A stretch of DNA of 64,000 nt from NCBI GenBank assembly GCA_036503335.1, contig DASXXC010000069.1, forward strand, positions 12,059-76,058, written 5' to 3'. A model generated the notes under the pieces. It ran no database searches, had not been told where the DNA came from, and saw only the letters and a list, made by a program, of their open reading frames with translations. The DNA is from Thermoanaerobaculia bacterium (GTDB lineage: Bacteria > Acidobacteriota > Thermoanaerobaculia > Multivoradales > UBA5704). This document shows, piece after piece, positions 27,876 through 37,399 of this stretch; within the stretch, counting starts at the first letter, position 1, and each line of letters starts with the position of its first letter. A program made the translations under genes and the position numbers.

Positions 27876-28519
27876 TCTCCGCCGCGCGGCGGCAGGAACC
27901 CCGCGACAAGATCCTGGAGAAGAAGCGCGAGATCCTCGACGCGGCCTCGCGGGTCTTTCGCCGGCGGGGCCTGCAGGCGACCGGGATGCGCGACATCGCG
28001 GCGGAGCTCGGGATGGCGGTCGGCAACCTCTACTACTACTTCAAGGACAAGGAGGAGCTCCTCGCCTTCGTCCAGGAGGACGCCCTGGCCGGCCTGCTGG
28101 AGATCGCCGCACGGGTGCGCGGGACCGGCCTGCGGGCCGACGCCCGGCTCTTCCGGATGATCGAGGAGCACGTCGTCCGCCTCAACGAGGGGACCCCCGG
28201 CTCGCTCGCCCATCTGGAGGTGGAGGCGCTGGGCGAAGCCTGGCGCCGGGAGGTCCAGGAGCGGCGCGACGAGTACGAGCGCGCCTTTCGCGACACCATC
28301 CAGGAGGGGATCGCGGCCGGCGTCTTCCGGCCGGTCGACCCCAAGGTGAGCGCGCTCGCCATCCTTGGAGCCGTCAACTGGACCGTGAAGTGGTTCCGCC
28401 CGGACGGCCGCAAGCCCGCCCGCGAGATCGGCCGCGAGCAGGCCGAGCTGCTGGTGCGGGGGCTGATGGCGGACAGGGTTGAATTGGAGAGACCGGAGGA
28501 CGAATGCACGACGACCTGA
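27866..28519 (+). CDS. TetR/AcrR-family transcriptional regulator
   Basis: HTH TGMRDIAAELGMAVGNLYYYFKDKEEL. 217 aa. Overlaps the start of the downstream 2Fe-2S subunit gene. Confidence 0.9.
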   Translation: MVQISAARRQEPRDKILEKKREILDAASRVFRRRGLQATGMRDIAAELGMAVGNLYYYFKDKEELLAFVQEDALAGLLEIAARVRGTGLRADARLFRMIEEHVVRLNEGTPGSLAHLEVEALGEAWRREVQERRDEYERAFRDTIQEGIAAGVFRPVDPKVSALAILGAVNWTVKWFRPDGRKPAREIGREQAELLVRGLMADRVELERPEDECTTT

Positions 28520-29127
28520 CCACCCTGAGGCTGCGGATCAACGGCGAGGATCGCCCTGTGGTCTTCCCCACCCATCACACGCTGCTCGAGGTGCTGCGCG
28601 AGGAGTGCGCCCTGACCGGCACCAAGCACGGCTGCGAGCTCGGCGAGTGCGGCACCTGCACGGTGCTGGTGGATGGCCGCCCCGTGCTCTCCTGCCTGGT
28701 GCTCGCCGCCGAGACGCAGGGCAAGCCGATCGAGACCGTCGAGGGGATGCAGCTCGGCAACGAGCTCCATCCGCTCCAGGCCGCCTTCGCCGACCTCGGC
28801 GCCGCCCAGTGCGGCTACTGCACGCCCGGCATCCTGATGGCCGCCAAGGCCCTGCTCGCCGAAAATCCGCACCCAAGCCGCGACGAGATCCGCGAGGCGC
28901 TCGCCGGCAACCTCTGCCGCTGCACCGGCTATCACAAGATCCTCGAAGGGGTGGAATGGGCCGCCGCGAAGATGCGCGGCGAGGATTGGATTCCGCCCAG
29001 CGAGGTCTTCTACGGCGCGGGCGATCCCGCCGACGCCGAGCGCCGCACGCCCCAGCAGGTGAAGAGCCATCTGCGCGGCGTCGAATCCGACCGTGGACAT
29101 CTGCCGCCCGAGCCGCGGCCGATCTGA
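28504..29127 (+). CDS. [2Fe-2S]-binding small subunit of a xanthine-dehydrogenase-family molybdoenzyme
   Basis: [16 protein letters not shown] and CRCTGY cluster motifs. Confidence 0.9.
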   Translation: MHDDLTTLRLRINGEDRPVVFPTHHTLLEVLREECALTGTKHGCELGECGTCTVLVDGRPVLSCLVLAAETQGKPIETVEGMQLGNELHPLQAAFADLGAAQCGYCTPGILMAAKALLAENPHPSRDEIREALAGNLCRCTGYHKILEGVEWAAAKMRGEDWIPPSEVFYGAGDPADAERRTPQQVKSHLRGVESDRGHLPPEPRPI

Positions 29128-29146
29128 GAATCAGAAAGAGATCATC

Positions 29147-31717
29147 ATGGCTGAGCCGATCAGAAAACCCGAGACCGAGGAAGAGCCCCGGCGCGAGCCC
29201 AACATCATCGGCAAACCGTTTCGCCGCGTGGACGGCCGCGCCAAGGTGACCGGCGCCACCAAGTTCGCGGACGATCTCGCCTTCCCCCGCACGGCCTACG
29301 TCCGGCTGGTGCGCTCGACGCAACCGCACGCGTTGATCCGATCGATCGATTTCTCCGCCGCCGAGAAGGTCCCCGGCTTTCTCGGATTTTTGACTGGTAA
29401 GGAGACGCCGATCCCCTTCGGCATCCTCCCCGTCTCGCAGGACGAGCACGCTCTCTGCCCGGACAAGGTCCGCTTCGTGGGCGATCCCGTGGCCGCCGTG
29501 GCCGCCACCACCGAGGACGCGGCCTATGAGGCGGCGCTCAAGGTCCGGGTCGAATACGAGCCGCTCCCCACGATCTCGTCGATCGAGGAGGCCATCGCCA
29601 CCCCCGAGCCGCGCATCCATGACTATGGCGATCACGGCAACCTCCACAAGGTCGTCTCGATGACCTTCGGCGACGTCGAAAAGGGTTTCGAAGGCGCGGA
29701 CGAGATCTTCGAGGACACCTTCTATTACGAGGGGAACACCCATCTGCCGATGGAGCAGCACTCGGCGGTCGCCGTACCCGAGGACGACGACCGGGTGACC
29801 CTCTACTCCTCCAGCCAGACGCCGCACTACGTCCACCGCGCCCTCGCCAAGGTGCTCGAATTGCCCGCCTCGCGGGTGCGCGTGGTGGCCTGTCCCAACG
29901 GCGGCGGCTTCGGAGGAAAGAGCGATCCGTTCAATCACGAGATCGTGGCGGCGAAGATGGCCCTCAAGCTGGGCCGGCCGTGCAAGATCACCCTCACCCG
30001 CGAGGAGGTCTTCTACTGCCACCGCGGCCGTCACCCCGTGCTCATGCAGGTGCGGACCGGCGTGAAAAAAGATGGAACGATCACCGCGCAACGCCTGCGC
30101 ACCGCCTTGGATGGCGGCGCCTACGGCAGCTACGGCGTGGCCTCGACCTATTACACGGGCGCGCTCCAGACGGTGACGTACAAGATGCCGGCCTACGAGT
30201 TCCAGGGGGTGCGCTGCTTCACCAACAAGCCGCCGTGCGGTCCCAAGCGTGGCCACGGCACGCCGCAGCCGCGCTTCGGCTTCGAGGTCCATCTCGACAA
30301 GATCGCGGTGAAGCTCGGGATCAATCCGGCCGACCTGCGGCTCAACATGCTGGCCGAGCCGGATTCGGTGACCGCCAACTGGCTGCGGATCGGCTCGATG
30401 GGGCTGCGCCGCTGCATCGAGGCGGTGGTCGAGGGGAGCGGCTTCCGCGAGCGCTGGGGGCGGCTGCCCGAGGGACACGGCCTGGGCCTCGCCTGCGGCT
30501 CCTATCTCTGCGGCGCTGGCTTGCCGATCTACTGGAACCACATGCCGCAGTCGGGGGTGATGCTCAAGCTCGACCGCTCGGGTGGCGTCGCCGTCTTCTG
30601 CGGCGAGTCGGAGATCGGCCAGGGGTCGGACTCGATCCTGGCCGCCGTGGTGGCCGAGGTGCTCGGCGTCTCCCTCGCGGACATCCGCCTCTGCGTGGCC
30701 GATACCGATCTCACTCCGGTCGACCTCGGCTCCTACTCCTCGCGGGTCACCCTGATGGTGGGCAACGCCGCGCTCCAGGCGGCCGAGCGGGCTCGCGAGA
30801 TGATCTCCAAGGCGGTCTCCGAGCAGCTCGAGATTCCGGAGCCGCGCATCGTCTTCGCCGAGCGCCGGGTCTTCGACGCCCAGGACCCCGAGAAAGGGCT
30901 CTCTTTCCAGGACGCCGTCATCGCCACGGAAGCCCGCTTCGGCACCCTGGCGACCGCCGGCAGCTACATCCCGCCGCGCTCCCCCGGCCGCTACCGGGGC
31001 GCGGGCGTGGGCCCCTCCCCCGCCTACTCCTACTCGGCGGCGGTGATCGAGGTCGAGGCCGATCCGGAGACCGGCCTCTGGAATCCCGTCCACGTCTGGA
31101 TGGCCCACGACGTCGGCCGCGCGCTCAATCCGGTGCTGGTGATGGGCCAGGTCGAGGGGGGCGTCTACATGGGCTTGGGCGAGGTGATGATGGAAGAGCA
31201 GGTCTTCCGCCGGCTGCCCAAGCACCTCTCCTCGGCTCTGGTCCATAAGCATCCTTCGGTGCTGGAGTACAAGAGCCCGACCTTCCAGGACATGCCGCCG
31301 GTGACCACCTATCTGATCGAGGACCCGGACCCGCGGGGCCCCTTCGGTGCCAAGGAGGTGGGCCAGGGGCCGCTGCTGCCGGTGATGCCCGCGGTGGCGA
31401 ACGCCCTCTACGACGCCGTGGGCGTGCGGATCGATCAGGTGCCGATCCATCCGCACATGGTGCTGAAGGCGCTGGAGGCCAGGCGTAAGGGTCAGGAGCC
31501 GCGCTTCGGACCGAAAGGTTTTCCGGAGGTCGACTTCGGCGAGGAGCTGATCGTGCCCACGCCCGAGCAGGGAGGAGACGGCACCGCCATCAACGACTAC
31601 CGCGAGAAGCTCCGCTCCGGCATGCGCTCGTCCGCGGGCACGATGATGACCCGCGAGGAGGCGCTGCGGAAGAAGAAGCTCGCCGCGCTCACCACCGATC
31701 TCAAGGGGGCGAAGTAG
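29147..31717 (+). CDS. Molybdopterin-binding large subunit (xanthine dehydrogenase / aldehyde oxidase family, 4-hydroxybenzoyl-CoA-reductase-like)
   Basis: Start MAEPIRK at 29147. GGGFGGK motif. Typical Ald_Xan_dh_C regions. About 90-aa C-terminal extension. Confidence 0.85.
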   Translation: MAEPIRKPETEEEPRREPNIIGKPFRRVDGRAKVTGATKFADDLAFPRTAYVRLVRSTQPHALIRSIDFSAAEKVPGFLGFLTGKETPIPFGILPVSQDEHALCPDKVRFVGDPVAAVAATTEDAAYEAALKVRVEYEPLPTISSIEEAIATPEPRIHDYGDHGNLHKVVSMTFGDVEKGFEGADEIFEDTFYYEGNTHLPMEQHSAVAVPEDDDRVTLYSSSQTPHYVHRALAKVLELPASRVRVVACPNGGGFGGKSDPFNHEIVAAKMALKLGRPCKITLTREEVFYCHRGRHPVLMQVRTGVKKDGTITAQRLRTALDGGAYGSYGVASTYYTGALQTVTYKMPAYEFQGVRCFTNKPPCGPKRGHGTPQPRFGFEVHLDKIAVKLGINPADLRLNMLAEPDSVTANWLRIGSMGLRRCIEAVVEGSGFRERWGRLPEGHGLGLACGSYLCGAGLPIYWNHMPQSGVMLKLDRSGGVAVFCGESEIGQGSDSILAAVVAEVLGVSLADIRLCVADTDLTPVDLGSYSSRVTLMVGNAALQAAERAREMISKAVSEQLEIPEPRIVFAERRVFDAQDPEKGLSFQDAVIATEARFGTLATAGSYIPPRSPGRYRGAGVGPSPAYSYSAAVIEVEADPETGLWNPVHVWMAHDVGRALNPVLVMGQVEGGVYMGLGEVMMEEQVFRRLPKHLSSALVHKHPSVLEYKSPTFQDMPPVTTYLIEDPDPRGPFGAKEVGQGPLLPVMPAVANALYDAVGVRIDQVPIHPHMVLKALEARRKGQEPRFGPKGFPEVDFGEELIVPTPEQGGDGTAINDYREKLRSGMRSSAGTMMTREEALRKKKLAALTTDLKGAK

Positions 31718-32764
31718 ATGCTGCGTCTGCCACAATTCAACTTCGTCCACGCCCGCACCCTTGACGAGGCCGCGTCGGTTCTCTCCGGCGAAGGCGCCGC
31801 CGAAGGGGAGCTCATCCGGCTGGTCGCGGGTGGCACCGATCTCTGGCCCAACATGAAGCGGCGGCACCAGCAGGCCACCACCGTGGTGAGCCTGATGGGC
31901 ATCCCGGGGCTGGCGGGGATCGACGTCAACGGCGAGGTCCACATCGGCGCCACGACCCTGCTGAGCGACGTGGTGGCCTCCCCCGCCGTGCGCGAGCGCT
32001 ACCCGGCCTTCGCGGCGGCCGTGCAGTCGATCTCCTCGCCGCCGCTGCGCAACATGGGGACGATCGGCGGCAATCTCTGCGTGGACACGCGCTGCACCTA
32101 CTACAACCAGACCGAGGAGTGGCGCCGCTCGATCGACTACTGCATGAAGGCCGAGGGGGAGATCTGCTGGGTGGCCACGAGCTCGCCGCGCTGCTGGGCC
32201 CACACCGCCACCGACTCCGCGCCGATGGCCTGCGCCCTGGGAGCGCGGGTGAAGCTGGTCTCGAAGGACGGCGAGCGGGTGATCCCGATCGAGGACCTCT
32301 ACCGGGACGACGGCATCAATTATCTGGCCAAGCGGCCGGACGAGATCCTGACCGGCCTCTATCTCCCGGCCGAGGCGACGGCCGATCGCTGCCGCTCCGC
32401 CTTCTGGAAGCTCCGCCGCCGCGGCTCGATCGACTTCGCCGTCCTCTCCGCCGCCGTCGCCCTCTGGACGGCGCCGGACGGTACGGTCGAGAAGGCCAGG
32501 ATCTACCTCGGAGCGGTAGCCTCCCGTCCGCTGGCCGCCCAGGAGAGCGCCGATTTCCTGATCGGAAAGAAGCTCACTCCGGAAATCCTCGCCGAGGCTG
32601 CCAAGCTCACCCGCAAGGTGGCGACGCCCATGGACAACACCGATTTCCAGACCCAGTGGCGCGGCACCATGGTCCAGCGCTACACCGAGGCCGCGCTGCG
32701 CGAGGCGGCGGGGATGGATCCCGGACGGCTGGGGCCCAAGCATGGGCTGCCGGTGGTGGAATGA
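31718..32764 (+). CDS. FAD-binding medium subunit with a Cys-rich insertion
   Basis: LVAGGTDL FAD motif. Insertion C126-x15-C142-x7-C150-x8-C159 (nt 32093-32194), absent from ordinary CoxM-type subunits. Confidence 0.85.
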   Translation: MLRLPQFNFVHARTLDEAASVLSGEGAAEGELIRLVAGGTDLWPNMKRRHQQATTVVSLMGIPGLAGIDVNGEVHIGATTLLSDVVASPAVRERYPAFAAAVQSISSPPLRNMGTIGGNLCVDTRCTYYNQTEEWRRSIDYCMKAEGEICWVATSSPRCWAHTATDSAPMACALGARVKLVSKDGERVIPIEDLYRDDGINYLAKRPDEILTGLYLPAEATADRCRSAFWKLRRRGSIDFAVLSAAVALWTAPDGTVEKARIYLGAVASRPLAAQESADFLIGKKLTPEILAEAAKLTRKVATPMDNTDFQTQWRGTMVQRYTEAALREAAGMDPGRLGPKHGLPVVE

Positions 32765-32826
32765 AAGAGCCTGAGCTCCTCCGGAAACGACGCACGTTCG
32801 AAGGGTGCGAGCCTTTCGTGCTGTAG

Positions 32827-32955
32827 AGCCTGCGCCACCGGGGCGAGGCCTGCTCGGGCCTCGCCCACTTGCTGACGCGGGATCTGGAGGATTTCGCCCG
32901 CGGCGTGCCCTTCGCGGACGACCGGACCCTCGTGCTGGTCCGGCGGTCGACCTGA
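32827..32955 (+). pseudogene. Possible C-terminal remnant of a PP2C/SpoIIE-type phosphatase
   Basis: The short frame ends ...LLTRDLEDFARGVPFADDRTLVLVRRST*, resembling the canonical SpoIIE C-terminus (DD.TLlvvrr). An in-frame stop at 32824 interrupts it upstream. Confidence 0.3.
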
Positions 32956-32957
32956 CC

Positions 32958-33860
32958 CTACTGGCAGTGCCCGGGGCCGATCGCGCCCTCGTTGAAGTTG
33001 GTCAGCGTCGTTATCAACGCCCCCGTGGCCGATGGGGCCAGGAAGCCCGAGCCCACCGGCGGTACGACCAGACCGCCGATCAGCGCGTCGGCGCTGACGA
33101 TGGCGCCGGCCACGGATGAATCGTCGGCGCCGTTGGCGACGTTGAGCTTGGCGGCGATCAACTGGTGAGCGAGGGCGATCAGCCCGTTCCCCGATGCCGG
33201 CTGGTTGAAGATCGACAGCAACTGTGCCTGGTCATAAGTCACGGTGCCCAGGGTCAAACTGGTCACCGGCCAGCTCACGCACAGCGGGCTCCCGGGATTC
33301 GTGGCGCAGACGAGATCGTTGTGGGTGCTCCAGTAACCCTGGGTCAAGGTGCACCCGGCGGCGTGGTCACAGGCCAGGGTCGAGCAGGTGCTGTTCGCGG
33401 TGAAATTGCTCCGGTTGAGCGTGCTGTTGGCATGCGCGAAAGCATGGAACACGTAGCTGGTTCCGCAGACGAGGGCGTCGAGGCAGTTGGTCGAGGCGCC
33501 GTTGTCGAACAGAAACTCACCGACAGTCACCGTGACGCACTCGTTGGGGCCCAGGTTGTAACGGGAAAGATTGGCGTTGCCCGAGAACGACGCCTTGCAC
33601 AGACGGGAGTCCTCCGACAGGTACCAGCCGCCATTGGCGGCGAAGTCGGCAGCGGTCATCCACTGGATGGAGAACCCCGCGGGAGCGCCACTGGCACCCG
33701 CGCAGACCTGAAGGTTGATGGAGGTCTGCGTGGGGCCGCCGCCGCAACTGATGACCGGCGTGTCCATCTGGGTCTTGGGCGGCTTGGGTGCCGCTCCACC
33801 GGGCACGCTGACCAGGGCCAGGAGCGCAATCATCACGAAAAAGATGCGTGTTATTCTCAT
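32958..33860 (-). CDS. Secreted Cys-rich protein of unknown function
   Basis: Start MRITRIFFVMIALLAL at 33860, after GGAGGG. Signal peptide. About 14 Cys. No recognised family. Confidence 0.65.
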   Translation of the reverse strand: MRITRIFFVMIALLALVSVPGGAAPKPPKTQMDTPVISCGGGPTQTSINLQVCAGASGAPAGFSIQWMTAADFAANGGWYLSEDSRLCKASFSGNANLSRYNLGPNECVTVTVGEFLFDNGASTNCLDALVCGTSYVFHAFAHANSTLNRSNFTANSTCSTLACDHAAGCTLTQGYWSTHNDLVCATNPGSPLCVSWPVTSLTLGTVTYDQAQLLSIFNQPASGNGLIALAHQLIAAKLNVANGADDSSVAGAIVSADALIGGLVVPPVGSGFLAPSATGALITTLTNFNEGAIGPGHCQ

Positions 33861-34045
33861 GGTATCCCTCCGTTCGATCACGATGAGCCACGATCCCGTA
33901 CGGCAGTATTCTTGTCAGCTCATGCGCGATCTGTTTCTGCTTCTGCCGCTTATTTCAAGCATAGCGGCCTGCGGGAGGAGGGGCAATCCACCAAACGGGT
34001 AGTCTTTATAATCCTTCTGGCGTACTCGGCAGAGACAACTGTCTA

Positions 34046-34699
34046 TCATTGAATTGAACCGGTAAACCCTCTGCTTTCCGCGTAACGGATCAGCGCCAGC
34101 CGCCCTTTGGTCCGCAGCTTTTCGGAGATATGCTGAAGATGCACTTTTACCGTGGGCTCACTGATCGATAGCGCCGAAGCGATCTGTTTATTGCGCAGGC
34201 CGCTGCAGAGGAGATTCAAGACCTGGAGCTCGCGGGGAGTCAGGAGGGCGGCAATGTCCCGTGCGCCCGCCTCCTTCCGCAGCAGATCCTTGAGCACATG
34301 GGAGGTCGCCCGCCGCTCCAGCCAGTGCTCCCCGGCATGAACCTTCCGGATGCACTGGAGGAGCATGCCCGGAGGCATCTCCTTGAGCACCACCCCGGGG
34401 ATGCCCAGGCGAACCGCTTGACGGATTATTAAATCGTCTTCCGAGCCTTCGGCATGCAACACGATCCGGGTGGTCGATCGCTCGCTGAGCAAAGCTTGGA
34501 TCACGCCCATGCCGTCGAGGCCCGGCATCCGCGTATCAAGGATCAGGATATCCGGTTGATGCCGGCGCACGGCCTCGAGAGCTTCACGGCCATTGCCGCA
34601 GCAGGCCACGATCTCGCAGTCGGGCTCCGCGGCGAGGAGATGCTCGATTCCCCTCAGCATCAGCGGGTGATCGTCCGCGATCACCAGACGTATGCCCAT
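34046..34699 (-). CDS. NarL/LuxR-family response regulator (no adjacent kinase)
   Basis: Start MGIRLVIADDH at 34699. Receiver domain (ILILDTRMPGLDG). C-terminal LuxR HTH LTPRELQVLNLLCSGLRNKQIASALSISEPTVKVH. Confidence 0.9.
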   Translation of the reverse strand: MGIRLVIADDHPLMLRGIEHLLAAEPDCEIVACCGNGREALEAVRRHQPDILILDTRMPGLDGMGVIQALLSERSTTRIVLHAEGSEDDLIIRQAVRLGIPGVVLKEMPPGMLLQCIRKVHAGEHWLERRATSHVLKDLLRKEAGARDIAALLTPRELQVLNLLCSGLRNKQIASALSISEPTVKVHLQHISEKLRTKGRLALIRYAESRGFTGSIQ

Positions 34700-34779
34700 C
34701 GAACCAGCGTACCACGAGCCTGCCACGCCGGCCCCACCCCTTCGGGCGGCTACCGGACGGGATGGGATAGGATGGGATT

Positions 34780-35376
34780 ATGACCGTCGCCGTCCTGCCC
34801 GCCGCCGGCGCCTCCCGCCGGATGGGCCGTCCCAAGCTGCTCCTCCCCTTCAACGGTGGCCCGCTCGTCGCCGGGGTGGTGAACGCCCTGCTCGGCGGCG
34901 GGGTCGAGGAGATCGTGCTGGTGACCGCTCCGGAGGATGAGGACCTTCGTGGCTGGGCCCGGCGGTCCGGCATCGAGAGCGCCGTGAACCCCGATCCCGG
35001 GCGCGGCATGCTGTCGTCGATTCAGGCCGGGATCGCCGCCCTGGGCGGGGCCGCGGAGCTCGCCCGGCGGAGTGCCACCCTTCTAGTCTCCCCCGCCGAC
35101 CTCCCCAACCTCCAGGCCGAGACCGTGATCGAGCTCCTCCGCCGGATGCGGGAGTCCGGCGCGCTCCTCGCCGAGCCCGTCTTCCACGGCAGGCGCGGCC
35201 ACCCCTTGGGCGTCGCCCCGTGGCTGATCCCGGAGATCGAAACCCTCGATCTCGGTATAGGCTTGCGCCAGCTCCGGAATCGGCACGAGGCGGAGCTCCT
35301 GGAGGTGCCGGTGGAGGACGCCGGGGTGGTGCAGGACGTGGATACGCCGGAGGAGTACGAACGATTGCAGTCATGA
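34780..35376 (+). CDS. MobA-like nucleotidyltransferase (possible molybdenum cofactor cytidylyltransferase)
   Basis: LPAAGASRRMGRPKLLLP signature. 198 aa. Lies near the molybdoenzyme genes. Confidence 0.75.
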   Translation: MTVAVLPAAGASRRMGRPKLLLPFNGGPLVAGVVNALLGGGVEEIVLVTAPEDEDLRGWARRSGIESAVNPDPGRGMLSSIQAGIAALGGAAELARRSATLLVSPADLPNLQAETVIELLRRMRESGALLAEPVFHGRRGHPLGVAPWLIPEIETLDLGIGLRQLRNRHEAELLEVPVEDAGVVQDVDTPEEYERLQS

Positions 35377-36359
35377 AGCTTGCGCCTTTGATCCCCCTCA
35401 TCATCGCCCACCGCGGCGCCAGCGGTTACCGACCCGAGCACACTCTCGCCTCCTATGAGCTGGCGATCGGGATGGGCGCCGATTTCATCGAGCCGGACCT
35501 GGTCTCGACGCGGGACGGCATCCTGATCGCCCGCCACGAGAACGAGATCTCTGAGACGACCGATGTCGCCGCTCATCCGGAATTCGCGAGCCGAAAGACA
35601 ATCAAACAGATCGACGGCCACGAGGTCACAGGTTGGTTCACCGAGGACTTCACGCTCGCCGAGATCAAGACCTTGCGAGCCAAGGAACGGCTGCCATTCC
35701 GCAACCAATCCTTCAACGGTCAATTCGAGGTACCCACTTTCGCCGAGGTGGTCGCTCTGGCGAAACGCAGGAGCGCAGAGACCGGACGGACGATCGGCAT
35801 CTATCCCGAGACCAAGCATCCCACCTATTTTCGCACGATCGGTTTGCCTCTGGAGGAGCCGCTGCTTGCCCTGCTCCAGGAGAACGGGTACCGAGGCCGG
35901 ACGGCGCCTGTTTATATCCAATCGTTCGAGGTAGGGAATCTGAAGCGGCTCCGGCAGGTGACCGATCTCCCTCTGATCCAGCTCATGGAGGCCGTAGGAC
36001 GGCCTTGGGATTTCGTTGTCGCTGGAGATCCACGGACCTATCACGATCTGGCGACTCCGGCCGGTCTCATGGAGATCGCCACCTACGCGGACGGTATCGG
36101 ACCGGACAAGCGGATGATCGTTCCGGCCGGACCCGATGGCCGGCTCCTCGCCCCCACTTCTCTCGTAAAGGACGCCCACGCCGCAAAGCTCCTGGTCCAT
36201 CCGTGGACCTTCCGCAGTGACGGCTCCTTCCTCGCTCCGGAGTACGGAGGCAATCCGGGAAAGGAGTACGATCAGTTTTTCTCGCTCGGCGTGGACGGCC
36301 TGTTCAGCGATTTCTCGGATACGGCCGTCAAGGGCCGCGAGGCTTGGAGCAGACATTGA
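35373..36359 (+). CDS. Glycerophosphodiester phosphodiesterase
   Basis: ATGA overlap with the upstream stop. AHRGASGYRPEHT and FIEPDLVSTRDG motifs. Confidence 0.85.
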   Translation: MKLAPLIPLIIAHRGASGYRPEHTLASYELAIGMGADFIEPDLVSTRDGILIARHENEISETTDVAAHPEFASRKTIKQIDGHEVTGWFTEDFTLAEIKTLRAKERLPFRNQSFNGQFEVPTFAEVVALAKRRSAETGRTIGIYPETKHPTYFRTIGLPLEEPLLALLQENGYRGRTAPVYIQSFEVGNLKRLRQVTDLPLIQLMEAVGRPWDFVVAGDPRTYHDLATPAGLMEIATYADGIGPDKRMIVPAGPDGRLLAPTSLVKDAHAAKLLVHPWTFRSDGSFLAPEYGGNPGKEYDQFFSLGVDGLFSDFSDTAVKGREAWSRH

Positions 36360-37399
36360 GCTTGACCCTGGAAGAGATCTCGACCGGCACCGGCCATGAG
36401 CGGGTCGTCCTCTGCCGCGACCCGGAAGCCGGCTACCGGGGGATCATCGCCATTCACAGCACGGCGGCGGGGACGGCGGTCGGCGGCACGCGCTACTGGC
36501 GCTACGACCGCGAGGAGGACGCGCTGACCGACGCCCTGCGCCTGTCGCGCGGCATGACCTACAAGAACCTCATGGCCGGTCTTCCCCTCGGCGGCGGCAA
36601 GTCGGTGATCCTGCGCGGCGCCGAAGACCGGGAGGCGGTGTTCCGCGCCCATGGCCGGGCCATCGAGCGGCTGGACGGGCTTTACATCACCGCCGAGGAC
36701 GTCGGCACCAGCCCGGCGGAGATGGAGATCATTCGCCAGGAGACCCGGCACGTGGCGGGGCTGCTGGGCGACCCTTCCCCCGACACGGCGCGCGGCGTGC
36801 TCCGCGCCATGGCCGCCGCGGCCTTCCATCGCTGGGGCACGGATGACCTTTCCGGACGGACGGTGGCGATCCAGGGGTGCGGCAACGTCGGCTTTCATCT
36901 GGCTCAGGGCCTCGCGGCGGCCGGAGCGCGGCTGATCGTCGCGGACGTCGATCCCGGCCGCGTCCAGCGGACCGTGGGGGCCACCGGGGCCCACGCGGTC
37001 GAGCCCAGCGAAATCCTGAGCGCCGAGGCGGACGTCTTCGCTCCCTGCGCCCTGGGAGGCATTCTGAGCGAGGAGACGATCCCTCGCCTGCGGGTGGAGA
37101 TCGTGGCCGGCGCCGCCAACAATCAGCTCTGGGAGGAGGCCGACGGCCGGCGCTTGAGCGAGCGCGGCATCCTCTATGCACCGGACTACCTCGCCAACGC
37201 GGGCGGCGTCATCGGCGGCTGCCGGGAGATCCTGGGCTGGAGCGAAGAGGAATCGAGGCGCCGGATCGACGGGATCTACGATACCCTCCTCGACGTGCTC
37301 CGGCTCGCCCGGGCGGAGGGGCTCCCGCCCCACGCCGCCGCGGACCGGCTGGCCGAGGAGCGCCTGGCAACCCTGCAAGCGGAGAGGAGGCAGCGATGA
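36344..37399 (+). CDS. Glu/Leu/Phe/Val dehydrogenase-family amino-acid dehydrogenase (leucine-dehydrogenase-like)
   Basis: LPLGGGKSVI catalytic Lys motif. GCGNVG NAD-binding motif. The start is uncertain: TTG codons occur at 36344, 36356 and 36362. Confidence 0.8.
   Translation: MEQTLSLTLEEISTGTGHERVVLCRDPEAGYRGIIAIHSTAAGTAVGGTRYWRYDREEDALTDALRLSRGMTYKNLMAGLPLGGGKSVILRGAEDREAVFRAHGRAIERLDGLYITAEDVGTSPAEMEIIRQETRHVAGLLGDPSPDTARGVLRAMAAAAFHRWGTDDLSGRTVAIQGCGNVGFHLAQGLAAAGARLIVADVDPGRVQRTVGATGAHAVEPSEILSAEADVFAPCALGGILSEETIPRLRVEIVAGAANNQLWEEADGRRLSERGILYAPDYLANAGGVIGGCREILGWSEEESRRRIDGIYDTLLDVLRLARAEGLPPHAAADRLAEERLATLQAERRQR

Noticed and set aside
27866-27880. GGTTCAAATC, which looks like a tRNA T-loop.
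   Set aside because: No acceptor, D or anticodon arms can be drawn around it. It is the right half of the tetR operator palindrome and lies inside the tetR coding sequence.
28538-32743. A 1401-aa ORF on the minus strand. Similar very long ORFs occur at 41313-44777 (+), 16683-19217 (-), 56830-59319 (-), 1737-3389 (-) and 22176-23462 (+).
   Set aside because: They lie antisense to, or out of frame with, genes that carry clear family motifs. Their translations are Arg/Gly/Ala/Pro-rich low-complexity sequence, typical of stop-codon-poor frames in about 70% G+C DNA.
34760-34778. A tandem direct repeat ggatgggat-a-ggatgggat immediately upstream of the MobA-like gene start.
   Set aside because: It could be a regulator site or simply the ribosome-binding region. 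It is a single occurrence with no supporting evidence.
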